Below, in pieces: positions 27,294 through 37,167 of a stretch of 64,000 nt of DNA. Each line of letters starts with the position of its first letter. The stretch's first letter is position 1. This DNA comes from a bacterium. Lineage in GTDB: Bacteria > Patescibacteriota > Saccharimonadia > CAILAD01 > BJGX01. The stretch spans positions 18,838-82,837 of the forward strand of contig JAKOQC010000510.1 in the NCBI GenBank assembly GCA_029778565.1, given 5' to 3'. The notes beneath the pieces are model-generated. The model was not told the DNA's origin. It ran no database searches and saw only the letters and a program-made list of their open reading frames with translations. The position numbers and the translations under genes were made by a program.

Positions 27294-27623
27294 CTATTCA
27301 TATGTCTCAATAAGGAAAATTCGATGAAAGAACCCACCACGCTCCTGGGACTTTTTCTCCTCAACTTCTTCTACTTGATCCATATTACCATCTTCAAACA
27401 TAGCCAAAGCAGTTAGTACTTCACGAATGTCTGCTCGTTCTTCACACCGGGCCTCGGGTGTCTCAGCTTCTAGATATTCAGCAACTTCTTCCTGTAGCTT
27501 CTTGCGTAATTCCTGATAGTATTCATCATCATCCAGTTTGCGAGTCTGGCTAGCAATTCCCCTTGCTGCCAAATAGTCCGGAATCTTATCTCTTACTAGT
27601 TTATTCCAAGACTTACGGGCCAT
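27294..27623 (-). CDS. MazG/HisE-like nucleoside-triphosphate pyrophosphohydrolase (all-alpha NTP-PPase)
   Basis: KLVRDKIPDYL...EEVAEYLEAETPEA..EERADIREVLTALA pattern. Confidence 0.65.
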   Translation of the reverse strand: MARKSWNKLVRDKIPDYLAARGIASQTRKLDDDEYYQELRKKLQEEVAEYLEAETPEARCEERADIREVLTALAMFEDGNMDQVEEVEEKKSQERGGFFHRIFLIETYE

Positions 27624-27680
27624 TACAAACTCCTTCGTTTTGAGGTACCTATTTCAGTCTGAACCCAAATTTAACTGCTT

Positions 27681-28421
27681 TCAAGCATTACCTTTTAAGT
27701 ATGCCTGACGTTTGGGCTCAGGAAATTTTTCTATAGCATAGCGCAGCATAGTACGTGGCATAGTTTTGTAGTGTTTTTTTAAAAACAGTTCTTCTGCGTC
27801 TAGGCCAACGCTATTACCAACTTCGCGCAACATCCAGCCAACAGCTTTTTGAATTAAATCGTGCTCATCATGCAAAAGTATCTCAGCAATAATAAAGGTT
27901 TCATTAATATCGCCCATCTTTATAAAATAAAACGTCGACATTATGGCAATACGTCTTTCCCAAATAGACTTTGAGTTTGCTAACTTTGTAAGTACTTCTA
28001 AAACTTCTTTTGCTGGTGATTCTTTTTGTGCATAGGTATTCCATAAATACACACTCACAATATACGGTGCCGAAGAATCAACAATATCCCAATTATTAAT
28101 GTAAGCAGTATTGGCCAAATAAAAGTCATAAATTTCTTTTTGTTTTTTGGCATCAGCTTTTTTAAACTGTTGGACCAATATTATCACTGCGGTTAATCGA
28201 TGTTCGTGCACCTTACTCTTAAGAAGGTTCTTTATCTCTCTAAGGGGCAAATCTTTATATTGCTTGGCGACTTTTCGCTGCAATGGTACCGTTACCCCAA
28301 TAAAAATATCCCCTTCACCGTATTGACCCTTAGCAGTTTTAAAAAACCAGGCTGAGTTATTAGCTCGCTCGGCATCGGCTAATAGTCTAAGCTCATTTTT
28401 TACAGATTTAGCAGTATTCAT
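27681..28421 (-). CDS. DNA alkylation repair protein (AlkD-like HEAT-repeat glycosylase family)
   Basis: 246 aa. All-helical repeats with conserved W/Y/R positions typical of AlkD/AlkC. Confidence 0.55.
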   Translation of the reverse strand: MNTAKSVKNELRLLADAERANNSAWFFKTAKGQYGEGDIFIGVTVPLQRKVAKQYKDLPLREIKNLLKSKVHEHRLTAVIILVQQFKKADAKKQKEIYDFYLANTAYINNWDIVDSSAPYIVSVYLWNTYAQKESPAKEVLEVLTKLANSKSIWERRIAIMSTFYFIKMGDINETFIIAEILLHDEHDLIQKAVGWMLREVGNSVGLDAEELFLKKHYKTMPRTMLRYAIEKFPEPKRQAYLKGNA

Positions 28422-28823
28422 CTATAGATTTGGTGTCTCTTTCTTCCAGACATTGTTAGGATCTAAAATTTCGCCTGTAGTTAAATCAATGGGCTTATTT
28501 ACTTTAACGCGCGTATCAGAAGTGTCGCCTGGATCCTTAATTGGTTCTAAACGTAACATCCAGCGGCCTGAAGCTTCAAAAACTGTAGCGATATATTTAC
28601 CACTATCTTTATTTACATATACTTGGTTATTTAAATTTGCAAATGGCTGCTCTTCACGCTGTACTTCGGCCGAACTCCCCATGTGTATCTTTAGCTTAGA
28701 TTCTTCTTGAACGTTATCTTCTGATATTTTCTTTAAATCGGCTGCTAAATTTTTTTGTACATCGTTATTTGATTCTTGATTAAACGTTGACCTTAATTCG
28801 CCCATACTTATTTTGTCCCCCAT
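28422..28823 (-). CDS. Hypothetical protein (133 aa)
   Basis: ORF abutting the AlkD-like gene. Confidence 0.4.
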   Translation of the reverse strand: MGDKISMGELRSTFNQESNNDVQKNLAADLKKISEDNVQEESKLKIHMGSSAEVQREEQPFANLNNQVYVNKDSGKYIATVFEASGRWMLRLEPIKDPGDTSDTRVKVNKPIDLTTGEILDPNNVWKKETPNL

Positions 28824-29026
28824 TTAATCCTACTCCAGATTCTCTCATGCAGATAGTAAATAATTGTGCCAGTTATAGCGGTTATTCCAGTAATAGTTGT
28901 GGCATCCGCTAAACGACGAGTTGTGAAGAAACTAATTGTAAAGATAGAGATAACAATTACTATACGATAAGTAATTGCTTTGGTAATCGAACGAGTATGG
29001 GTTTCTCTTGGCTTATTATGCTTCAT
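28808..29026 (-). CDS. Small membrane protein (DUF2061-like, 72 aa)
   Basis: YRIVIVISIFTISFFTTRRL...TIIYYLHERIW pattern. Confidence 0.4.
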   Translation of the reverse strand: MKHNKPRETHTRSITKAITYRIVIVISIFTISFFTTRRLADATTITGITAITGTIIYYLHERIWSRIKWGTK

Positions 29027-29029
29027 AGG

Positions 29030-30181
29030 TTACCAACTAGAATTAGTATCTCTCAAATTTATTAATTTTTCTGTTAGTAATCTGTCCCCTCTTAATTTAC
29101 TTAAAGCCTTGCTTTCTATTTTTCTAACTCTTTCCCGAGTAGTATGAAGAGCCTTGGCCGTCTCTTCTAGGGTCTTAGGCTGACCATCTTTTAATCCAAA
29201 CCTCTCTTCAATTATGACTCTTTCTCGTTCATTTAATGCCAGAATTGCTTCTTTAAGTAAACTACCTGTTTGTATGCGTTCTATTTCAGCATCTGGTTCT
29301 GATTGCTCAACCTCTCTCTTATCTATTAATCCTTCAAGCACCACATCTGTTTCATTGTCATAAGGGTTTTCAGGGTCAAACTTTAAGTTCTTTAGTTCTG
29401 GATCTTGTTTTTCAATTTCTTCAAATAGTCTATCCAGCGAATATTGATAATTCTGTAATTTTAATAGCTCTCTAAGTTCTCCAGGCGAAATATCTAATTC
29501 TTCTGAAAGCATTTGGGTAGCTAGGTTACTCACCCAGGCATAGTTTGCCTCATTCCCTACAGAGAAATCTATCCCTTCTACATTAAGCAGTCTATCTTGG
29601 GCTTTTTTTAATGTAGTCAGTTGCCGATGAATATTAGATGGATAACGAATGTTTCCCTCTTGTTCTTTGAATTCTCTAATAATTTCATATTTAATACAAC
29701 TTATTGCGTAAGAAGGAAATGTTTTTCGAGGGGTATTCACTCTCTTTACCGCTTTAACCAAACCCAAGTACCCAATTTGAAAAAGATCAGCCCAGCCTAA
29801 AAGCCCTTTTCTATCCCCTGGTTTGCTACTACCTAAATCAAGTGGACTAATTCCAAAGTATTTGGCTATAACATAAGGCACCAATCTTAAGTGATGTTCA
29901 ACAATATAATTTTCTTGGGTTCTAATGCGTTCAAATAAATAAGCTGAATAGTCATCATTTCTAATATTAAGTGCTTTTTCGTAATGGCGTTTTAGCTCTA
30001 CTAGAAAAGATAGTTCTAATTCAAGTTCTTGCTTATCAAATGGTTTGATTGTTTGTACTCTTTCTAATAGCTCATAATTACCTAGAGCTTCACCCAAAGC
30101 TTCACCCTTTCTGTTTTGTTCATATCGAATAGCAGGATCTTTATTTACATAAAATGGTAGGGTAATATTAGATTCACTCAT
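29030..30181 (-). CDS. Second sigma70-family sigma factor with about 120-aa N-terminal extension
   Basis: Region 2 (HLRLVPYVIAKYF, GYLGLVKAVKRV) and region 4 (LEETAKALHTTRERVRKIESKALSKLR). Confidence 0.75.
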   Translation of the reverse strand: MSESNITLPFYVNKDPAIRYEQNRKGEALGEALGNYELLERVQTIKPFDKQELELELSFLVELKRHYEKALNIRNDDYSAYLFERIRTQENYIVEHHLRLVPYVIAKYFGISPLDLGSSKPGDRKGLLGWADLFQIGYLGLVKAVKRVNTPRKTFPSYAISCIKYEIIREFKEQEGNIRYPSNIHRQLTTLKKAQDRLLNVEGIDFSVGNEANYAWVSNLATQMLSEELDISPGELRELLKLQNYQYSLDRLFEEIEKQDPELKNLKFDPENPYDNETDVVLEGLIDKREVEQSEPDAEIERIQTGSLLKEAILALNERERVIIEERFGLKDGQPKTLEETAKALHTTRERVRKIESKALSKLRGDRLLTEKLINLRDTNSSW

Positions 30182-30182
30182 T

Positions 30183-30824
30183 TTATTTAATAATAAACTG
30201 AATCGCTTTTATTAGCTCAAAAATACCAATTGCACCAAAGATAGCTGCAATAATGTAGCGGCTATTTTTATTAACAGAATTCTTTATAGTATTAATTCTC
30301 TTGGGTGAATGAATAAGTGCTAACAAAATTGGTGGAACAATTGCTGGTATCAGCGAGAAAAGCACCATTACAATTAGAAGTTCTATTTTTACAACCGTAG
30401 AATAGTAACTTGCAACATGAGCAGCTGGAACATACATAATAATTGTTGAGGTATTAAGTATCATAAAACCAAAACCTATACTAAATGCCCCACCATCGCT
30501 AATAACTTGCTTGGGGTGATGTTTTTTGGGTTTGGCAACAAAAAATTGATACAACGCAAAACCAATAAGAAAAATACCTAACAGTAAATCAATTCGTGCA
30601 TCGGTAAGTGTATAGTTACTCCCGGGAGAAACCCGAGAGAGTAAGAAAAAGATAACAAAACCAATTATAGAAATGGCCGTTGCCGCGCCAAGCGTAAATA
30701 GTGCCGACTTAACATTGGCAGCTTTTTTTTGGCTGGCCACCAAGACAGCAATAGTAAATATTAACGGACTTACTGCCGAAGCAAGTGCAAACGGTAAAAT
30801 ATCTATAATCAGGCCAACATGCAT
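30183..30824 (-). CDS. Polytopic membrane protein (213 aa), function unknown
   Basis: Six hydrophobic segments. Confidence 0.5.
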   Translation of the reverse strand: MHVGLIIDILPFALASAVSPLIFTIAVLVASQKKAANVKSALFTLGAATAISIIGFVIFFLLSRVSPGSNYTLTDARIDLLLGIFLIGFALYQFFVAKPKKHHPKQVISDGGAFSIGFGFMILNTSTIIMYVPAAHVASYYSTVVKIELLIVMVLFSLIPAIVPPILLALIHSPKRINTIKNSVNKNSRYIIAAIFGAIGIFELIKAIQFIIK

Positions 30825-30836
30825 ATGGTTATTGTA

Positions 30837-31277
30837 CTATTTTTTATTATTTAGTGCTTGTGCTAAGACTTTTTTAAGTTCCTCGCGATCTTTTGGCCAC
30901 CAAATTTTGGCTACAAAATTACCGAGCGACAACCAAGCATAGTCTGTGCTTTCTTCGTTTAGGCGAATAGCACCACTGTAGTCGGTTAGCAAAAGAAATG
31001 CCTGTTCTTGCACAAGAGTATCTGACTCTTTCTGTGAGGTATACTGGTTAACCACCGGCAACTTAATAATTGAGATATGTGAGTTTATGCCCGTTTCTTC
31101 TTCTACTTCTCTAGCTACCGCACTCTCCATTGTTTCGCCAACTTCTACGTTACCAGTCACCACATACCACCTATCACCGCCATGTTCTAAATGTGGTGCA
31201 TTTCGACGCGCCAGCCACTCATACTGATTTCCCTGCGGTCGAACAATAAAAACCATTACTTTTGGCTTAGTTTTCAT
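30837..31277 (-). CDS. NUDIX hydrolase
   Basis: Nudix box GNVEVGETMESAVAREVEEETGI. Confidence 0.8.
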   Translation of the reverse strand: MKTKPKVMVFIVRPQGNQYEWLARRNAPHLEHGGDRWYVVTGNVEVGETMESAVAREVEEETGINSHISIIKLPVVNQYTSQKESDTLVQEQAFLLLTDYSGAIRLNEESTDYAWLSLGNFVAKIWWPKDREELKKVLAQALNNKK

Positions 31278-31295
31278 ACCTTACATTATACGCTA

Positions 31296-31330
31296 AGAAA
31301 AAAGACCACCTGTTGCCAGATGGTCAAGTC
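31296..31330 (-). terminator. Rho-independent terminator on minus strand (GACCATCTG-gcaac-AGGTGGTC then TTTTTTCTT)
   Basis: Hairpin plus T-tract immediately 3' of the small ORF 31343-31504. Confidence 0.55.
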
Positions 31331-31342
31331 AATAAGAATAAA

Positions 31343-31504
31343 TTACTGCTTCTTATGAGTAATTTGGGTAATTTTATAGTCAATCTCACGAATTTCTCTA
31401 GTCAGTTCTAATTTTCGTCTCTCGAGGAAGTGAAGGCGCAACGTGCCATCAAAATCAGGATCGACATCATTGGTTTCTGACTGATCTGTATTGGTTATCG
31501 TCAC
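31343..31504 (-). CDS. Small hypothetical protein (about 53 aa), below the ORF-track size threshold
   Basis: GGAGG RBS 8 nt upstream of GTG. It ends at TAA and is followed by a terminator hairpin. Predicted sequence: MTITNTDQSETNDVDPDFDGTLRLHFLERRKLELTREIREIDYKITQITHKKQ. Confidence 0.3.
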   Translation of the reverse strand: MTITNTDQSETNDVDPDFDGTLRLHFLERRKLELTREIREIDYKITQITHKKQ

Positions 31505-31646
31505 TGCATTCACCTCCTTGGTGAGTCGTTGGTGTGACGAAAGGGTGTGTGCTGGCTTATTCTATCTATCGGGCAGATAGAATATTTGGGCAGCTACCGC
31601 GAGATGAGGAGATTGTACGCTAATCTTTACATTATTGCAAGTATCT

Positions 31647-31880
31647 TTATCGCACCGAAGGTAAACGCGAGGTAGCAGTAAGGTATTTACTACGGAGATC
31701 TATGAACTTTTTTTGTTCCTTGTGAGCCGTGGCTTGCTTAGACAGTGTTCTTGGCGTATTGGGCCCAGATGCATGCAACTCTTCTTGGTATGCATCATAC
31801 GCCTCCCAAAACGCAATATAAGCTGCTTGCATTTGAGCACCAACATATACAATGTCGATGGGTCGCAATGAATCAGACAC
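31647..31880 (-). CDS. Hypothetical protein (77 aa)
   Basis: ORF only. Confidence 0.3.
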   Translation of the reverse strand: MSDSLRPIDIVYVGAQMQAAYIAFWEAYDAYQEELHASGPNTPRTLSKQATAHKEQKKFIDLRSKYLTATSRLPSVR

Positions 31881-31985
31881 TTTTTACCCCCAAACGTGCT
31901 AAGGTACTGTGCTCAGTATACTACTCTATTGCAAACCTGTAAGCATTCCGTTCGGCTAATGTTTGTAAAATGGTATAATGTAGCT

Positions 31986-33164
31986 ATGAAATCTCAACCT
32001 CTTGCTGATAGATTACGGCCTAATAAACTCAATGATGTAATTGGGCAAAAACATATTATTGGCCAAAACCAATTTTTGCGTACAGTAATAGAGAAAGACC
32101 AGCCAGTAAGTATGATATTATGGGGTCCGCCAGGGAGTGGCAAAACCACATTGGCTCGTATAATTGGAAGTAGTGCAAATTTTGAATTCAAAGAAATTTC
32201 GGCAGTTACTTCTGGACTTGCTGACGTAAAAAAAGTTATAGAAGAAGCTAAGAATAATCTCAAAGCTGGTCGACAAACCATACTGTTCGTCGATGAAATT
32301 CATCGCTTTAATAAAGCCCAACAAGACGCATTTTTGCCCCATGTAGAAGCCGGGTCAATCATTCTTATAGGCGCCACTACCGAGAATCCAAGCTTCGAAG
32401 TTATTGGTCCGCTTCTTTCTCGCTCGCGTGTGGTAGTACTCGAACCACTTAGTGCTGCAGACATTACAGAGATAATTTTGCGAGCACAAAAAGAACTCAA
32501 ACTTTCTAAATTAGAGCCCACTGCAGTTGAGCTATTAGCTGAATTGTCTGGTGGCGATGCCAGAGTAGCACTTGGCGGGCTAGAAGCTGCAGCAGCAATT
32601 TCTCATAAAACTATTACTACCAACGATATTAAACAGGCAATGCAAAAGGTCGGGGCTAAGTATGATAAAGGTGGTGAGTATCATTACAATCTTATTTCTG
32701 CCTACATAAAATCGATGCGTGGCAGTGATGTTAACGCTACACTGTATTATCTGGCACGTATGATTAATGGTGGTGAAGACCCTAAATTTATTGCTCGCCG
32801 CAATATTATTTTTGCATCTGAAGATATTGGCCTAGCTGCACCGGCTGCACTCAACCTGGCAGTATCTACTTTTTTGGCTGTAGAGCGTATCGGCTTACCC
32901 GAATGTAATTACAATCTTTTTGCATGTGCAACTGTACTAGCAAAAAGTAAAAAATCTCGCTCAGTTGCCGATGCTATGGGCAAGGCTTTTGCTGCTGCAA
33001 AAAATTATCCCGATGCACCAGTGCCACTTCATTTGCGCAATGCACCGACCAAGCTTATGAAGGACCTCGGTTATGGCAAAGATACTAAATGGGAACCTGG
33101 TTTTAAGCACCCCAAGGGCTTCTTGCCCGAAGAGCTCAAAGATCTAAAAATCTTTACTGATTAA
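31986..33164 (+). CDS. rarA: Replication-associated recombination protein A (AAA+ ATPase)
   Basis: Walker [10 protein letters not shown], Walker B VDEIHRF, and a MgsA C-terminal domain. The ORF track begins upstream at 31896. Confidence 0.85.
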   Translation: MKSQPLADRLRPNKLNDVIGQKHIIGQNQFLRTVIEKDQPVSMILWGPPGSGKTTLARIIGSSANFEFKEISAVTSGLADVKKVIEEAKNNLKAGRQTILFVDEIHRFNKAQQDAFLPHVEAGSIILIGATTENPSFEVIGPLLSRSRVVVLEPLSAADITEIILRAQKELKLSKLEPTAVELLAELSGGDARVALGGLEAAAAISHKTITTNDIKQAMQKVGAKYDKGGEYHYNLISAYIKSMRGSDVNATLYYLARMINGGEDPKFIARRNIIFASEDIGLAAPAALNLAVSTFLAVERIGLPECNYNLFACATVLAKSKKSRSVADAMGKAFAAAKNYPDAPVPLHLRNAPTKLMKDLGYGKDTKWEPGFKHPKGFLPEELKDLKIFTD

Positions 33165-34183
33165 ATAAATTTCTTCTTTATTCCATAGCGAAAAGCTAGG
33201 TATCCTGGGAGTGTAGGAATCCAGAATGTAATGGTCCGAAATATCATTACTCCAGCTGTTGCTGAGGCCGAATCTACACCTACTAGCATTAAGCCGCCAA
33301 TGAGTGCTGCTTCTACGGTACCGATTCCTCCTGGTGCCGGTCCGCATGCACCAATTGAATTAAATATTAGATATACAAATACTGACTGCCAAAAAGGAAT
33401 ATGCACACCTACTGCTACTAAGCAAAGGTAGAAAACTACGTTAGTGCAGGTGTAACTCAGCAACATTAGCCCGAGTGATGCAGCACTTTTTGCTGGAGTC
33501 TTGAGAATTATCCTAAATGAATGGAGTATTTCTGCAACTTTTTCTTTTATTTTTTGCAGCCATCCAAATGCCCTTACTAAAAGATAGGCTACTAAAATAA
33601 TTATTACTATTAAGAAGAAAAGCTTCCATCCGGGAGTAAAGCTCGGGTTAAGACCAACCGATTCTAAACCACCACCAAAGATTACTACTGGAATAAAATA
33701 TAGCAGCCAAGCTGTAAAATAAACCAACTCAACAGCACCGACGTACCCCAATCCAGCTTCTAGGCTATAACCAGCCACCACCGCATATCTATACATAAGG
33801 CCTGGGCCTCCCAAGCCTGCCGGAAATATCTTATAGGTAAAAGCCATGGCCAGCTGAATAAGCCCTGTTTGCTTAAATGGCATAGGCTTGGTTGCAAGTA
33901 CTGTCATGGCAACACCAGTAAAAACAAAGGTAAAACAAAAAATACACGCGGCTAATAAAAGAATTGCATCGTTAGCACTCTGAACAATAGTTACAATTTG
34001 CTGCCAGTTTTCTACCAGTGGCCACAGCAATACCAGTAAGAAGCCAAACAATAACGTCATTCCGGCCCTATATAACCAGGGATGCTTGTGTCCTTTTTGC
34101 TTTTGTTCTTGCTTTTTCTTATCGAAGTAAGAAAGCTCTTGGCTAGTGTCGACAGTTTCTTGGTTGGAGACCATTAAAGACAT
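33161..34183 (-). CDS. Lysylphosphatidylglycerol-synthase-TM-region-like / flippase-like (UPF0104) membrane protein
   Basis: 340 aa, about 8 TM helices, glycine-rich segments typical of the family. Confidence 0.5.
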   Translation of the reverse strand: MSLMVSNQETVDTSQELSYFDKKKQEQKQKGHKHPWLYRAGMTLLFGFLLVLLWPLVENWQQIVTIVQSANDAILLLAACIFCFTFVFTGVAMTVLATKPMPFKQTGLIQLAMAFTYKIFPAGLGGPGLMYRYAVVAGYSLEAGLGYVGAVELVYFTAWLLYFIPVVIFGGGLESVGLNPSFTPGWKLFFLIVIIILVAYLLVRAFGWLQKIKEKVAEILHSFRIILKTPAKSAASLGLMLLSYTCTNVVFYLCLVAVGVHIPFWQSVFVYLIFNSIGACGPAPGGIGTVEAALIGGLMLVGVDSASATAGVMIFRTITFWIPTLPGYLAFRYGIKKKFI

Positions 34184-34240
34184 GCTAATATTGTAACACT
34201 TTTACTGAAGTGCTAGTCTTCGAACGAGGGTTAATTAGAT

Positions 34241-34777
34241 CTAAAACCCAAAGTTGTTAAACTGACTAACGTAGCTACTGACGCTAGAAATAAAGTTCTT
34301 GGCATTTGTAAGAAAGTCGGCCGATACAACAGTGGTCGTGCTAGTACCGTCTGAAAAATTGACCGTCATTTTACGAGTTGGGCCACCAATTAGGGTTTTG
34401 TTTTGAGCATTATTGTTGTAAGTCATTTTTGTACCAACGTTTGATGAGTAGTAAAGATTAACCAACTTATAAAAATCAGCAGAAGTTAGCGAACAATTAC
34501 TGTTAATAGTTGTACTGGAAGTAACTACCGAATAAGTACAGCTATCGGCTGTTAAAGTAAGCGTCTTGGTACTTTGATAAGGCGGTGCAACTGGTCCAGT
34601 ATAGCTAGTAAAAACAAATGATTTTATCGAAGTATAATAATTTTGTTTTTGCCAATATTTGTAAATTAAAAAGCCACCGACAAGCAGAATTATAAAAAAG
34701 AAAAATAGAAATAGTGGCCACCAAGACCTATCTTTGGCTTTTTGATAACTATTTTTTGCTGTCTTCTTTGTTGCCAT
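34241..34777 (-). CDS. Membrane-anchored Ser/Thr-rich extracytoplasmic protein
   Basis: N-terminal TM helix (WWPLFLFFFFIILLVGGFLIY) then a Ser/Thr/Asn-rich domain. Confidence 0.45.
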   Translation of the reverse strand: MATKKTAKNSYQKAKDRSWWPLFLFFFFIILLVGGFLIYKYWQKQNYYTSIKSFVFTSYTGPVAPPYQSTKTLTLTADSCTYSVVTSSTTINSNCSLTSADFYKLVNLYYSSNVGTKMTYNNNAQNKTLIGGPTRKMTVNFSDGTSTTTVVSADFLTNAKNFISSVSSYVSQFNNFGF

Positions 34778-34804
34778 TATTCTTATGCTAACACATTGTA
34801 GTAA

Positions 34805-35632
34805 TTACATTCCAGTGGGATCCCAACAAGTGCGGAAATTTTCATTTAAATTTTCAATTTGTTCCATATCTTCTTTATCTAGCTCAAAATCAAAAAGGTC
34901 GATGTTTTCATTAATTCTTACCTCATCGGTACTCTTGGGAATAATTACATTACCTAATTGTAAATTCCAGCGCAGCATTACTTGTGCTTCTGTTTTGGCA
35001 TGTTTGGCGGCTATAGAAAGGAGCGTACCATCTTGCATTCGCCGCCCGTGTGCCAACGGGCTATAGGCAGTAAGAACAATATTATGCTCGCGACAATAGT
35101 CGAGTAGAAGTTTCTGGTTAAGATACGGATGAAATTCAACTTGGTTAACCGCCGGAACAACATCGGTATGCTCGAGTAGCTCGGCTAATTGCTCTTCGGT
35201 AAAATTACTTACTCCAATAGCCTTAGCTCGGCCCGATTTGTAAATTTCTATTAAGGCTTTCCAGCTCTCTAGACGTTTTTCTGGTACTGGCCAGTGAAGT
35301 AAATACAAATCCACATATTCCATACCAAGCCGTTTTAATGACTTATCGAATGCTTTTTTTGCCGAATCATAGCCCTGATCGTGATTCCAGAGCTTGGTTG
35401 TTACAAACAGATCTTTACGGGGAATGCCGCTCTCTTTTAACGCTTTGCCAACGCTTTTTTCATTTAGATAAATACGAGCTGTATCAAAATGTCGGTATCC
35501 AGCAGCTAGGGCATGTTCGACTGCCTTATGCACACTTGGCCCTGGGGTAATCTTCCAGGTTCCAAAACCAACGATCGGTATTGAAGTACCATTGTTTAGC
35601 TTGATAGTTGAATGGGCGGTTAATTTGCTCAT
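34805..35632 (-). CDS. Aldo/keto reductase (2,5-diketo-D-gluconate reductase-like)
   Basis: The AKR catalytic tetrad context (GFGTWK, D, Y, K, H) and the IPKS motif. Confidence 0.85.
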   Translation of the reverse strand: MSKLTAHSTIKLNNGTSIPIVGFGTWKITPGPSVHKAVEHALAAGYRHFDTARIYLNEKSVGKALKESGIPRKDLFVTTKLWNHDQGYDSAKKAFDKSLKRLGMEYVDLYLLHWPVPEKRLESWKALIEIYKSGRAKAIGVSNFTEEQLAELLEHTDVVPAVNQVEFHPYLNQKLLLDYCREHNIVLTAYSPLAHGRRMQDGTLLSIAAKHAKTEAQVMLRWNLQLGNVIIPKSTDEVRINENIDLFDFELDKEDMEQIENLNENFRTCWDPTGM

Positions 35633-35862
35633 AGTTCTTATTGTAACAGAATCCCATAAGTCAGCTGAACTATGCTAATATTGCAATTTATTGTTATCTA
35701 TGCTATACTTATTTGACTGTTTGAATAGAACGCCCACAATCTTCAATAGGAAGACAAAGGGTATGAGCTCTCATAATTTTTCTAAGTTATTTGCATCTCT
35801 TGTCTCTGTTCTGACAACGAGAACAATAACTAATACATACCAGTTTTGGTATAAAGGAAAAA

Positions 35863-37062
35863 ATGAAATATTCATCTCGTGGTGCCAAACAGCGTCGTTA
35901 CGGACGTGGTGCCAAACAATTTAATACAAACAAAAGCCGTGGTAATAAACAAAAATTTACCATCGATATTAATAAATATGTAAAAAAAGCTGAGACAGTA
36001 CAAGAAGCGGTAGTGTATGTACCACAACATAGCTTTAGCGAATTTAAAATTGATGAACGCATTAAGAAAAATATTCGCGATCGCCACTTCGAAACTCCAT
36101 CAGCTATTCAAGATCAATCAATCGAGCCTATCTTAGAAGGTCGTGACTTAGTAGGTACGGCTCAGACAGGTACTGGTAAAACAGGTGCCTTCTTAATACC
36201 GCTTATCGATCAAACATTGCGCGACCCAAACCAGCACAATCTTATTATTGTGCCAACGAGAGAGCTAGCCAATCAGATAAATGACGAGCTGCGATTGTTT
36301 GCAAAAGATTTAAAAATCTTCTCAACCATTTGTATTGGTGGCGCAAATATTAGCCGACAGATAGAAGGCTTACGACGTAAACCTCATTTTGTAATCGCTA
36401 CACCAGGAAGATTGAAAGACTTGCACGAACGTAGGGCTATTAGCTTAGATACGTTTTCAGTAATCGTACTCGATGAAGTAGATAGAATGCTCGATATGGG
36501 CTTTGTGCATGATATTCGCTTTATTATTTCTCATCTGCCAAAGAAACGACAGTCGCTTTTCTTCTCTGCTACACTGCAGAACGAAGTTCGTAATATCATG
36601 GCAACATTCTTAAACAACCCAGTTATGGTACATGTTGATAGTAATAACTCAGCAAAAAATGTAGATCAAGATATTGTAGAGCTGCACCCAAGCGAAAACA
36701 AGACCGATAAACTACACGAACTTTTAAGCCAAGAAGATTTCTCTAAGGTGCTTGTATTTTCTCGTACAAAACATGGCGCAGACAAAATTTCGCGCGCACT
36801 TTACCAAAAAGGCTACAAAGTTGATGCCATTCATGGTGATAAATCGCAATCTCGCCGTGAACAAGTTTTGCGAAAATTTAAGACCAATAATATTACCATT
36901 TTGGTGGCTACTGATGTTGCCGCCAGAGGTATAGACATTAAAGATGTTTCACACGTTATTAACTTTGACGAACCTGAAAACTACCAAGACTACATTCACC
37001 GTATTGGCCGCACCGGACGTGCTGGCAAAACCGGTAAAGCGCTCACCTTTGTGCAGCGATAA
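35863..37062 (+). CDS. DEAD-box ATP-dependent RNA helicase with Arg/Lys-rich N-terminal tail
   Basis: Q-motif, AQTGTGKT, DEVD, SAT and HRIGRTGR motifs. Confidence 0.9.
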   Translation: MKYSSRGAKQRRYGRGAKQFNTNKSRGNKQKFTIDINKYVKKAETVQEAVVYVPQHSFSEFKIDERIKKNIRDRHFETPSAIQDQSIEPILEGRDLVGTAQTGTGKTGAFLIPLIDQTLRDPNQHNLIIVPTRELANQINDELRLFAKDLKIFSTICIGGANISRQIEGLRRKPHFVIATPGRLKDLHERRAISLDTFSVIVLDEVDRMLDMGFVHDIRFIISHLPKKRQSLFFSATLQNEVRNIMATFLNNPVMVHVDSNNSAKNVDQDIVELHPSENKTDKLHELLSQEDFSKVLVFSRTKHGADKISRALYQKGYKVDAIHGDKSQSRREQVLRKFKTNNITILVATDVAARGIDIKDVSHVINFDEPENYQDYIHRIGRTGRAGKTGKALTFVQR

Positions 37063-37084
37063 AAACTCGTAGTTATAAAGCATT

Positions 37085-37110
37085 AAAACACCCTATTAAT
37101 AGGGTGTTTT
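37085..37110 (+). terminator. Terminator hairpin AAAACACCCTA-ttaat-AGGGTGTTTT
   Basis: Perfect 11-bp stem with a U-rich 3' arm, directly after the helicase stop. Confidence 0.7.
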
Positions 37111-37167
37111 AATGTATAATAAACATAAGTGTAATTGTGCTTACAAATAATTACAGCTTTTATTTAT

